A stretch of DNA of 42,081 bases, from the NCBI RefSeq assembly GCF_000181795.1, contig NW_003526945.1, positions 2,253,848 to 2,295,928 on the forward strand, given 5' to 3'. Made by a program: the position numbers and the translations under genes. The notes under the pieces were generated by a model. That model did no database searches. It was not told the origin of the DNA and was given only the letters and a program-made list of their open reading frames with translations. This document shows positions 13,728 through 26,500 of this stretch, piece after piece; the stretch's first letter is position 1; each line of letters begins with the position of its first letter. The DNA is from Trichinella spiralis. Taxonomy: Eukaryota.

Positions 13728-15428
13728 ATGGCAATAAGAATTTTTTCAATGAGGCTCCAATTGTACGGCGTTTCAGTTTTATGTGCAGCTATTATTATTT
13801 CTGCTTTGCAGCCTCGTTTTTACCGAAATGGATTGCAGAAACCGATTTCTACAACATCAAAACCCGTACATGAATGCACCTCATCGTCACAGATAACGAC
13901 CACATCAATGTCCACGCAAGGCCCTGACAGTAATGATAAGCCAGAAATTATTGAACGTCCAGGATGGAGCAGTGGGAATGCTGGAATCTACATCCGTTTA
14001 AACAAATTAGGATTGCAAGATATTGTTCGTCAGTTTGGAAAGAAACTGTCCCAGCAGACGATGAAAAGCAAAATTGATGATATTATTATGCTGCCTTTAC
14101 TAGGTGGTGTATTCAACATAACTGAAGTGAAATTTAAAAGATTGGCAACATTTTACAGTCACTACTTAGTACACCCAAGTACATTTGTGTTAGGTTTCAA
14201 AGATGCATCTGCTGCTTTTACTGCTAAATGGAGCTACGATTCTGAAATAAGCATGAGCAAACCAAGATCTGAGCGTTTATCTGGTGATTTTACAGCAATT
14301 TTTGACGAATTCACTCAGAAGTTAAGCTTTATGTTAAGTCGTCATACTGATGGAAGCATTTACGCATCAAATATGCAATGCAATTTTACTTCAAAGAAAA
14401 TTAAATTCTCTTTGTTGGGTCGTGGATCACTCATTAATCGACTGAACAAAAACATTCCAAAAGATGCTGTAAGTTTTAGTTTATTTCATATTTTAAAAAA
14501 TTAATGTTTTACATTTCAGATAATGCCGCATGTATCAGCGTATCTTTGCAAATCGAATATTGCTTACGTAAAAAAAGCGTTGGAACAGCTGAAAGAAAGT
14601 TATCCAGTTAAATTTCCACTTCTAAATGATCCTTTATATTTAAATGCTGCTTTACAGAAGAATCCGTTGGTTAACAAAAGTTTCATTGATTTTTCTTTAC
14701 AGGTAGGAATTCATGATGCACGAAATTTAATATAATTTAAATATCATTTGTAGGGCGCAGTGGAAGGAAACAAGTCAATTTTACCTGAAATACGTTCTTT
14801 TAATTTAACGGGATGTGAATCTCGTTATATGCGCTGCATTTATATGGGAGAGGTGGTAATGAACAGCTTGTTTTACCAAGCCTATGATAATGAAAACTTT
14901 CTACACAAAGCTACAACAGCATGCTTGCTTTCAAATATTACCTATGTATATGTGGATGTTAGTTTAATCAAACCTCCTGTAGTGAAGTATCACAAAAACG
15001 TTGCAGAGTGCCATATGCAAGGTGAGATAACACCTGCAAACAGTGATGAAAAATGTTGTACTGGCTTTTTCAATTCAACAGCAAAGTTCACACCAAAAAT
15101 TCAAGGCAATTTGTAAGTTTTGCACTCTTTTATATTAATGTTAATTAATTAATTTTATCAAAATTTTTATTTTTGTAGTACGTATGCCGAAATTTCAAAC
15201 ATGAAATCAACGTTAGAATTGCTAGACGAAAACACATTATCTCATACAGACTTGGATAAACTGATTAGATCAATTAATACAGCCGTGCAAAGTCGTATCA
15301 ATATGTTTCTGAAGAGAAACATGGTTCCATTACCTCAGTCTAGACGCATAATATGGCACTATAATAAGCCTGTAATGATAGAACGTGCAATGTTGATCAG
15401 CGGCCGTTCAAATACGTTATTGTTGTAA
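13728..15428 (+). CDS. BPI/LBP/CETP (TULIP) family lipid-binding protein, divergent, 4 exons, about 510 aa
   Basis: Exons 13728-14468, 14520-14702, 14754-15112, 15179-15428 join in frame (1533 nt). Hydrophobic N-terminus, then an S/T-rich linker, then NAGIYIRLNKLGLQDI resembling the BPI-family start motif (NPG..RIT.KGL.Y). A Cys pair (MQCNF ... YLCKS) sits where the family disulfide is expected. M.CIYMGE.V.NSLFY.AY resembles the start of the C-terminal barrel. AATAAA at 15578. Confidence 0.72.
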
Positions 15429-18026
15429 ATTGCCTTTCTTTCATATTGTTCTTTTCATGCCGATATTGATGTTCGCAGAAAGCTGACATATTTTACCATT
15501 TTTATCAATCAGGAAAGATGAAAGTAAAATTTGACGAATATTTTTTACAAAACTTTTCATTAGTTTTAGCTTATTGCAATAAAATCAGCACTAGAATGTC
15601 AAATTGAACTTCGACATATTCAAAATCAAAGCTACATTTTGCTCATTGTTTTTTTATATTATTCATAATTGAAAAACGGTTGGTATAATATATTCATAAT
15701 TTTGATACGGTTTGCTTTGTAGCGGTTAAGCGCGATGCTTTTCTTTTGTTTTCAGTTCTTGCTTTCCAGTCTACATTATTTTGATGATATTTGCGAACTT
15801 GTATTCTCTTTGATACACAATGCAAATACCCATCAGGGTTGGTTTGAGAATAAATTCATGCAGCATGATGTTTGCATACGCTACAATTGTTGGGAAAGAG
15901 TTAGCAATGATTAATAATTTTATCAGTGTAAATAAAAGCGTGCGGAATAGATAAGGCAACCAATAATGCAAAGGTCGGTTGATCAGTGTACAGAGAGACC
16001 AGTGTATGTGTGTGTGTATGCTTATTGTTGCCTTTCAAGCCTGCCCATGTAGCGCTGTTGTTGATTTCATTACTGTTCGAATGCAACGCTTCAACGATAG
16101 TTCAATAATTAGTCGCTGAAATCACGTTACGTTCAAGCAATGTTGAAATCAATGAAAGCACGTAAGTATCGTTTATGCTAAATTTTGGGATAACATAATT
16201 TCAGAAATTTATTTGAGGTCATTTATTCTCATTACAAATTCATGTTTTACAATGTGATGTTGCTTTTAAAATACTTCTTTTACTCGAAGTATTTGTTTAT
16301 TTATTATTTAATTGTTATTTATTACCATCAATACTGAATTATTATCGTGAAAAATGATTACATTGACCTTTTTGAAAGTATTCATGTAAGATATGAAAGC
16401 AGTTATGTTGAATCTGGAAATGGGATTTTTAAAAAACAACTTTGAATAAAAAATAGCCAGTTCAATAGAATAGCATTTCATTGACAATAGATGGAAAGAT
16501 AATCGACCTTTGACGTGGCTATATTTCATACGCCCGTGCATTATTCGACGACTCTCCGTTGTTGCTCAATTCGATTACGACTGCATAATCTCACTTTTGT
16601 ATTGAGTAAGTATTAAAATGCATTGCCTTATTGGTTTGTTCAGTTTGTCGCTTACTTTAAGAAATAATGCAGACGGTAGTGGGTAGCATTTATAAAATTT
16701 TCTTTTTATCTATACCAAATTTACAGTCACACAAAATTTATGTAATTTTGTGGTTCTTCTTCGAGAAGCATCTTTATGATGCTGATCTCATTTAGGATTC
16801 TTTAACTGGATTCCTTAATTCCAACCAGTAATCAATCTCCCAAAACACTAACTTTACTATTCATCAACTATAAAAAAATTTGATTGTTAACTTGCTCAGT
16901 TCATTGCTTATTGGACGCATAAATTACAATATAATGAAACAATTAGCTGTTTAATTATGTGCATGATGTTCAAAAAAGTCTACTCTCCGAGTATACTTCA
17001 AAGGCATGCCGCTCGACATTTGATTGGCCTTAAATTTCATTGGTTTTCATGTCGGCTAAATTTCATTAGTTGCTGTTGCGATGAGTTTTATTCGTTGTCG
17101 CAAACCTAAATTTTTACTGGTTGTCATTGTAATGCGTGCTATTTGTCAAATTTTGATTTCATTTTAATGGTCAGTTTTCTGATATTCAAAGCTTTACTAT
17201 TTTATGATATTTATGTGGTAAAATTAATTAAAATTAATTATTTAATGAAATTCAATGAAATGGTGAATCCACGTAATATTTCTTAATAATAGCATCCATA
17301 ACTTCTAAATTCAATTTATACTTTAACTTAAACTTATATTTAACTTCATAAAATTAAGAAACAAATTAATAGAAAGCAATCTTTTGAACAAGGTCTTTGA
17401 AATGCTCAATAGTATACACGCAATAAACTAAATCAGTTTAAATTAAAGTAAAGCGAATTTCTTAGATCTGATCAGCAGTTCTATGAATATAATTATGCAC
17501 AAAAATGAAACCACAAGCAAATTTGTTAATAAACTTATAATTTTAAATTGCTAGTCAGCTTTTAAATGTACAATTTAGCTACTACTAATATACATATAGA
17601 AGATAAACAGTAAAGCTTAGTAAAAAACCAAAATTTGACAAATAGAATGCATGAAAATGACAACCAGTAAAATTTAGATTCCCAACAGCGCGTAAAATTC
17701 ATCGCAACAACAACTAATGAAATTTAGCCGCCGTGTAAACCAATAAAATTTAAAACCAATCAGAGTTCTATGCAAAATTGACAACCAATCAGAGTGTGAA
17801 GCGGCATGTCTTTGATGTATACTCTGGGTCTACCCTGTTCAAAAAATGATAAAAAATTAAAAATCTGAAAATCAATTAATAAATTTGGAAGCATATTGAA
17901 CTGTAAACATATTATCATAACTTCCTTGTTTTTTACCTTCTTTTCCAATTTTGATAAATGTTGTTGATATACAAATGATAATACCTGCAAATCACAAATT
18001 ACGTTCAGTTATAACACAAGCGAGCC

Positions 18027-19522
18027 ATGAGCGAGACCAAGCAATACGAAAGAGTAATTCTTATAACTGGATCTACTGATGGTATTGGACGTGAAACAGC
18101 TAAACAACTGGCCAAAAATCCAAAAAATATGGTCATTGTGCATGGGCGTTCATTGGATCGATGCGAAGACACAGTGAAAATGATTTTAGCAGAACACCAA
18201 GACGCAAAAGTTGAGCACGTTGTTTATGATTTTAATAATATGGCGAATATTCCGAAAATGGTAGATGAAATCAAAAACCGTTTTCCGAAGTTGAACACAA
18301 TTATCTGCAACGCCGGGGTACTTCTGCCTGAAAGAACTCTTTCTGGTGATGGTTTGGAATTAACGTTTCAGGTTTGCTCGCAGTTTCAATTTTAATCATT
18401 TTTAGTCATTTTATTATAATCAAGTTATGTAAATGTTTTATATTATTTAGATAAAAAGGGTTTTGTATTACACCAATTGACTTCATGAAAAACATTTATT
18501 TTTCGTACAAATACATCAATTTTTCTGTTCAGTTTTTTAAATTTCATTGTCGTTTATGTCAATTGCACTGTCGTAGTTGAATTGCAGTTTGGTATAAAAC
18601 TGAAAAGCATGCAAAAAAGGGAATAATACAGAATAGTGTATACTTTTTTAGGTAATTTTGATTTACATCGTCTTGCTGTTTTATATGTTTTGCTAAGCAG
18701 CACTTTTTATGGCTTCATCTGGTTTTTTATGTTTACAGTATAGTTTAATCGATAATACAGTAAACTTTTTAACGCTTTTTGCTTATTTGATGAAAAACAA
18801 TAAGCATTAATGGATGTTAGTTAGTTGTTTCTCTTATGTTTTATGCCATGTGTATGCTATTTTGCATGAAACATTTTACCTGAAATGATATTTTATAATA
18901 ATAATAATAATAATAATAATATAACTGTCACTATATAGTGTAGTTATATGTAATTTATGGCCAATTTCAGATTGTTTGTATGTTTGATTCTAGTTGATGA
19001 TTTTTGAGTAATTAAATGAATATTCAGGTGAATCATTTGGCTCACTTTGCGTTAGTTTGCCTGCTGCTGGATACAGTGAAGAACAATGCACCATCTCGAT
19101 TAATTATGGTTAGCTCTCTTTGCTACAATTGGTTCAGCATAGACTGGGACGATTTGATGGGTGAAAACGAATATGAAAAATATATGCAGTATTCACGTAC
19201 CAAATTGATGAATCACATGTTTACTTTTGCACTGGCACGTCGCTTAGCAGGCACTGAAGTTACTTGCAATGTTTACGAGCCGGGAGTAGTTGAGACGAAG
19301 CTTCTTCGAGCAGGCGGCTATCACGGTGCTCATCCGATCACAGGTGCAAGAACTGCTGTTTATTTGGTTGAATCGGAGGAAGTTAGCAACGTCAGCGGTG
19401 AGTATTTTGACCGACGTCAAAAGAAGATTGAAGCCGAATTAGAAAGCCGCATTGAAAGCATTCAAGAAAAATTGTGGGATGTTAGCGTCGATATGTGCAA
19501 AAAGTTCTCTATCATTATATAA
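18027..19522 (+). CDS. Short-chain dehydrogenase/reductase, retinol dehydrogenase 11-14-like, 2 exons, about 279 aa
   Basis: Exons 18027-18371 and 19028-19522 (840 nt). TGSTDGIG Rossmann motif, NAG, DGLELTFQVNHLAHF spanning the intron, VSS, catalytic YSRTK (YxxxK), PGVVET, VSGEYF. AATAAA at 19691. Confidence 0.93.
18895..18920. repeat. (AAT)n microsatellite in the SDR intron
   Basis: Tandem AAT units read directly. Confidence 0.9.
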
Positions 19523-20294
19523 GAAGTTAATTAATGGAAACTACTTTTCTGGGAATTTCATGTTTAAATGGAATACTTTAGTTTAAAGGGATAATGGTGA
19601 AATGTTTATTCGCGCATTGCATATTATTGCATTACATATTCAATATGGAATATAACATGATAATATTTAATTTGATTTGTGATTTTTTAGAATAAAACGT
19701 AGGGAATATCCTTTGTCAATTTGTAAATACTACAGAGAATGGTTAAACTTCCATTCATCAATTTCGCTTTTCCGGACGCATTAGAAGAAAGATATAACAA
19801 GCATGAATAACCAACCAACTAAATACGTTAAGTATTCGATTTATTAATACTGAACAATGTTAAACAATACCGTCATACGATAACTGCGAAAATATAAATG
19901 TACAATGTAAGTATGAAGAGAAAATTTAAAAATTTTGAAGTTGTAAAGATGGATGGAGCAAATCATTTTCAACTTTTGCATGCGTTTCAGTCAGAGCAAG
20001 TGCAATTGCTGTTGCAAATCTTTGTGCACAGGTTCGACTTTACAATCACTGTTTATCTTTCAACGTATATTCAAAATTGTCGCTTGACAATATGTGTTTA
20101 CTAAAGATCAGCTAGCAGTAAACAAAATATATGTCACAGAAATGTTAATATATGGAATTATTATAAATGAAATTGGTAAAAATGTGAAGAAATTATATAA
20201 ACGGCAGGAAGCTTAATCTAAAAATTAATAGAAAGAAAAAATGTAGACGTGTCGTTGGATAGTGTGAAAGATATCAGTAAATGAAGTCAAGATT

Positions 20295-22102
20295 TCAGTG
20301 AACATCTCCGCCAACTTCTACTTCAATAAACTGTCTAAGACGATCCAAATAAGCCGGACTAGTCTCGACATCGTTATGACCGGCGCCGTGAACCCAAAGA
20401 GGTTCAACTGCTTTTGGACAGCGTTCGTAAATTTGCAAACCGTGGTGGAAATCAATCACCTCATCTTCAGTGCCATGAATAACTAAAGTTGGAGCTGACA
20501 CTTTTTCTATTTTCTCAATGCTAAATAAACAAGAAGAAAAATGCATATTCGAGACAAAGACAGTAAGTATTGTTGATAGTCAGATGTAATTTCTATTTTA
20601 AAAAATGCAACTCTTCAAACCTGGGAAATGCGTCGAAACACCATGTACGGTTGGTTTCTGGAAATGCGACACGCAAGCCTGACATCAACGGCGAATGAAG
20701 AATCACCGCCGCAACGGCACATTTCGATGCAAGATCCACTGTAGGCACAGTTCCAATACTCTGTCCGTACAGTATAATTGCATCGTTAGTAATATTGTAA
20801 CGCTGACGCAGCGCGTTTAGAGCGGCAGAAATGTCAGCGTAAAGATTCTTTTCAGACGGCTTTCCACTGCTTCGACCGTAGCCAGAATAATCATAACTGA
20901 ATATATTGCAGCCCACACGCACTCCCAAGCTGTAATAAAACGAACACATTTGACCAAGATCAACAGCATTGCCGTGGCTGAATAGAATCACATATTTCGC
21001 TCCGGGACAACAACGCATGAACATGCAAGTCAGCTTATTGCCACGACTTGTGCGTGTGTAGAAAAATTCCATTTGCCGCATCTCCTGATCGCTGAACGGC
21101 CATTCCGTGCGATCAACCAAACTGAACACAAGTCTGCAACAACAAACTCAACATTATCATGAGGTGGAAAAGATGGTATTCAATGAATATAACATCATAT
21201 ATAACTTCTAGACGACTCAAACTTTCAACTCTCAATGCAATTAAAACTAAAATAATGTAAAACTGTCAGTTCAAATGCAGATTACGGCGCTACGCTGCTA
21301 GTTTATACGAATAAAACCTACAGACACAAAAGTATAACGGTATTACAGTAAGAACATAACCTGCTCCCAATCGAAAAGGAAACGAAACAGACAGCGACAT
21401 TATTAACAGCTGTAAACAATGAATTTACATGGTGCGGATACGGAAACGTTCAAGAACAGATTCCAGTCATGCCGGAGGCAACAATCGATCGGCAGACGCC
21501 TACTCAGACACGTCAATATGGATTTATATTGGTGAAACAATTTACGCAGCTGACTTACTAACAGTGCAATCTTAGGGCGAACGGATTGCACGAACACGGA
21601 ATGAAAAATTCTTAACGCCCCAACTACCTCATCGACTCGCTTGTCAGTATGACATGCTTTTGCTCAAATTTACCGAATCAAACCACAAACAAACTGAACT
21701 ATGTACTTATAATTGAAAATCAAGCAAATACATTTAAAACATCAACTGAAAACACCGACTTGCATCAGACAAATATCACTGCTTAAATTAACGCTTCGCT
21801 TTTTTCAATAAACAAGTTAATAAAAACCCAGCTTATATGTTGCCCCAAAAAAGACAGTAAAACACTGAAATGTTAAAAGAACACTGATCTTTGAGCAAAT
21901 CAATTAAAATAATAAAACGCAAAAAGCGAAAAACTGACACTCACCGATCATCTGATGAATCATCAGGCGTTAAATTGTAAGAAGGCGTGGGTGGCATGAA
22001 AGCTAATTTTGCAACAATCGATGATGGGAAAGGTGGACAGCAAAACAAGCAACATAAATCTCGAAATGTCAGCTGAATTGAGGAGGTCGTAGAAGAGGCC
22101 AT
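20295..22102 (-). CDS. ABHD17: ABHD17/FAM108 protein depalmitoylase (alpha/beta hydrolase), 3 coding exons, about 298 aa
   Basis: Exons 22102-21945, 21133-20621, 20520-20295 join in frame (897 nt). N-terminal palmitoylation cluster [36 protein letters not shown], nucleophile [13 protein letters not shown] (Asp), GAGHND (His). Minus-strand AATAAA at 19845-19840. Confidence 0.97.
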
Positions 22103-25100
22103 TGTTCTGAGCGAATACTTCGTCCTTCCTACTTGCAAAGGACAGACTGATAAAGGCTAAAATACAATAATAAATAACTAAATAACAAACAAATTACTAA
22201 AATATAATTTCAAGTAAAATTTAATAGGAAAAATTAAAATTTCAAACACCTCCAACCATACATGAAAAACAATCAAAGCTACAGTATGGCTAGTATTGAA
22301 CACAAGTACATTTACAGTACCCTCATGGAAATTTTCCTTAAAAGAAAATATGAATATCATTGATTGTAAACAGTTTTTTAAAATAAAAGAATATAACATT
22401 GATAACAGTTCTTATAGGTTTTACAAAAAGAACAAAAAGTAAATTATCAACACAAAACGCATCAAAGAAACAGTAATGGCTTGACGAGCGTTGCTCTTGC
22501 GCAATGTGATTTTCCTGTTCTTTTGGGTTGATCAGATGACTAGGCTGTCTGCATTTATTCATACTGTTATTTTGTACTTCTGCATTGATAACATTTAACT
22601 TTAGTGAAAAAAACTATGACGGTGCTTTAACTAAGAATGAATTGTACAAAAAAGCAATTTGCGAAACTAGTTACTTGTTTTATATTTTAATTATTTAAAA
22701 TAAAATATTTCACATTTATTATGAAATTAACGCAGAATTGGGAAATCTGTTTATTTTACTTAATAAATAATTATATAATGGTGTGCTCTTTACATAAAAA
22801 TGTTTCCAAATCAATGCACTGTGAACAGTTCATTAAGTTTCTCAAAAATTTTCATTCTGTACAAAAATTGGGCAACTTTGACTAGAAACTAGGAACTCGA
22901 CTTTCTCAACTATTGTTAAGCAGAACTACCAAGCATAAAGCTTTCTTCAATTTGGAACAGTTTATAAGTTCAATGAAATCATCCCTGAATGTCAGTGTAC
23001 CTATGTAAACACACTGTAAATTATATAAGAAGAAAGAAGAATGGCAAAACATTGTTAGAAGCTCTAAGTTATTAATTTTTGGTTTATTTAAAACATTGAA
23101 CTGTAGTTTTGGCTTTATGAAGGTTCAAACATCAAGCTCAACAAGATAAAAGATTTTGTTTGTTTTTCTTCAATGCGTGTGTTTGTGTGTTCAACGTGCA
23201 ACATGAGAACCCTGTTCCTCTTGTCAACTTGATGTATCTGATATGAAGAATGCATGGAGAAGATAACGTTAGCTGTGTAAACGGAGGCACCAGCTTCATT
23301 AAATGAAAATGCATGGCCAACCAACGCTGAAATGTGAAGTTTGAGAGCGAAAGCAAAGAATACGTTTAAGGAACGAAAGTTGCATTTTAAAGAATGTCAA
23401 GAAATATTAACAAGCCAACTAAATCAAGGTTACATATCTTGGTAAGTAACTTATCTTACTTATTTAAATAAAAGCTTTGTGTCATTATTCGACAGCATTA
23501 AAAAAATAAAAAGTGGCAGTTTATTTCACAATCAACTAAGCAGTAAAACAAATACGACTACCACGAACTGTTACGTGGGGAATAAAGTTACTGCCCACAG
23601 GTACAGCGGTTGAATCATTGTGTTTATCAAATTTCCTGATCTGAAATAACAAGCTGAAATTTTACGCCATTACTTCCGCGTATCGTTATCTTGCTATGAT
23701 ACTTGGACGCGTTTGGTAATAATTAAATGACAACTTGTGAAATAAAGCGCAGTTTGAAAAATGCTAATTTAGATACGATAAAAGCACCTTTTATTTACAT
23801 TAATCCAAAATTAGCATCAGCTTTAATATTAAAGAATTATTTTTTCCTAACAATAAGAAATGTAACAACACTACCGTTGTCTTGATACGTTTATTATAAT
23901 GCCTTTAATGTATTGCTTGTTCATATTTCTGATTTTTCTATTATTTCTATTTGCTTACAATTTAGGTTAAGTTGGGTAGTTAATTAATTGATTACATTTC
24001 TGTTTGATTGCTGTTTAAACTAATGAATTCTATTTTCTCAAAATTCTCTGAGAATCAGAGTTAAGGATTAGATGGTGCTTCATGCCTGCTTTGCTTGGCC
24101 AACAAAAAACTCAGAATTTCACTTATCCACAAATAAGTATTGCTTTCTTACGGAAAGTGCCGTTGATGTATGTACTGTGCCTCGGTTTAACGTGAAATAA
24201 CTTTTAATGAGTAAGTGAACACGAGTAATCGTCAGAGATAGCACAGCAGATCAATCTAATTGCCGAGCCGCCTGATGGATCTTCTGCATTATACTGCCTT
24301 TTGATTGATGTTTAGTCTCAGGCTTATCTGTTGGCGTTTTGCCAATATTCATTTCTTCAGGGTATACGAAATTTTATTTATTTCATTATTCATCAACACT
24401 TATTGAAATTGTTGATAATTTTTCATTTTAAAGCATTTTCGATTCACATTTAAATCGCTTTGTTTGCGGTTGATAAATCTTGAACAATTGCTTAGCGACA
24501 CAACTATCTATGCAAAGTGGGATATCCATGCGTTTTACACGATCCATGGGAAATTAAGTAGTGATTAGATTACATCACACTTTCCACATTTAGTAACTTC
24601 AGTCTTAATCACTAGCAAAATGGAAATCATACAGTAAAATAATGCTGTGTTTTATGATGCAATGGTAATGGCTGCTTTTATTTCAGTATTGCAGTATGAT
24701 GGCTATTATTTTAGTAAGTTATTTCTCTGCATTGAATGAATCCTCGCATCACACGGCTTCAACTGCAAGAATCTAAGCATTTGCAAAACAGTAAATGTTA
24801 TGCTATTTATTTTAAAGTATAGGGCATCGGCGTCAGAGAAACGCAAACTTGAATGTCCATATATTCTACAGTGTGAATTTAGCATTCTCCGGTACTTTAT
24901 TTCATTTGCATGTACGTGTGAGTATTAGGATAGGATTGGTGATTCTTATCCTATATTGTCTCACTGGATTAACACAATACTAACATCCAAATAAACAAAA
25001 CCTTCACTCTTTTTTGCAGTTTTCTTCGTTTTATAGTTTAATCAATAGCGGCAGTACAAATGTTCAGCAAACGCATGCCGTTGTAATTAGGCCTCATTTG

Positions 25101-26500
25101 AAAATTGCTTCATTTCGCACAAATCATAAGGTTTTGATATAACGATGTAGGAGTTTTAAAACTATTCTCTTTGGTATGGTTTTTATTTCAATGAAAAGAA
25201 AGTATGACTAAATGATACGCTTGTTGTTTTAGTATCCGTGGATACTGCTTTAGTAATTAAAAAAATTTTTACATTTTATGGTACCTCATTCACAGAAATG
25301 CAAAAATAAATACTAAGCCAATGTTGACGCGCAAATCGAGATGCTACATACTTCACATGATCTATTGTCTTATTATTTTATTCTAATAGAATATGCAGCT
25401 TTTTACTTTTTGAAAAAAAGTGAGAAGAAAACAAGCAGCCCAAGTTTTTGCATTAATTTATATTTTTAAGGTTTGAAATGTGATCTGAATCCAATGATAT
25501 AAATAGTATTACATGAGGCATTGGAATTATTATACAATTTTATAAAATTGATGAAATTTAAACATATTCAGTAAGCAAAAGACAACGCTTCATTAAAAAT
25601 ACAATGCATGATTGAATGAAATTAGATAAATATTTCGGATTTACTAATTTTTCACATTTCTGGTGCAAGCATTTTTCCATTCTGTAAATATTAAATTAGT
25701 CTAGTTATTTGTATATTTAATTGAGTAACAAACTCTTTATTAGATAGGCGAATGTATTTGTTGTCGTTCTTTTATTCTTGAAATTGCATTTATTTTATTC
25801 TTATTAAAAGCTGAATTTTACAATGTTTCCATTGATTTTTAACATTGAATCTTTTCGATGAAACCTTTTTCATAGATTTTCAATTTGTTTAAAATAATGA
25901 CTTTAAGATAAAAAGAATACAACCCTCACATCTGCTAATATAGCTTACCTTGCACAATATATATTAGTATGATTTGCGCAATTTTCATAAGTACATAGCT
26001 ATAAAGTAATTGAACATATAATTAATTAGGTATAAGATTAAAAATTTAATATTTTGAAAATTATAAAATTTGAATAAAAAATAACTGTAAAGCTAAAAAA
26101 ACTGAAACAAACGTCTGAACTGCTAATTATAAGCAGATTTATTAGATATTACCAGTTTTGGTATTGCTGTTATATTGCTTATTGAATAATGCATGCAGCA
26201 ACTGCGTGTCAAGTGACCTTCTTTTCTTGTACTCAGCGTTACAAAGCAATACTGGCCGTGTCATGTTGCTGTATAGTGTTACCTAATTTTTATTGCTAAT
26301 TCCAGGCACTGCCAGTCATATAGATTATCAGTGCTGGGAAGCGCTAGGCTCAAGCTGATTGCCACTGCCATTCTCAACTGTTCATGCTACCCGGTGTCAG
26401 CAGTAACTATGGTATTACAATGTAGTGCATATGAGGCGAACTAACGAGGAAAACGGTGGAACTGATATGGCAGAATCTTCATGTGACTGGTGAAAGCAAC

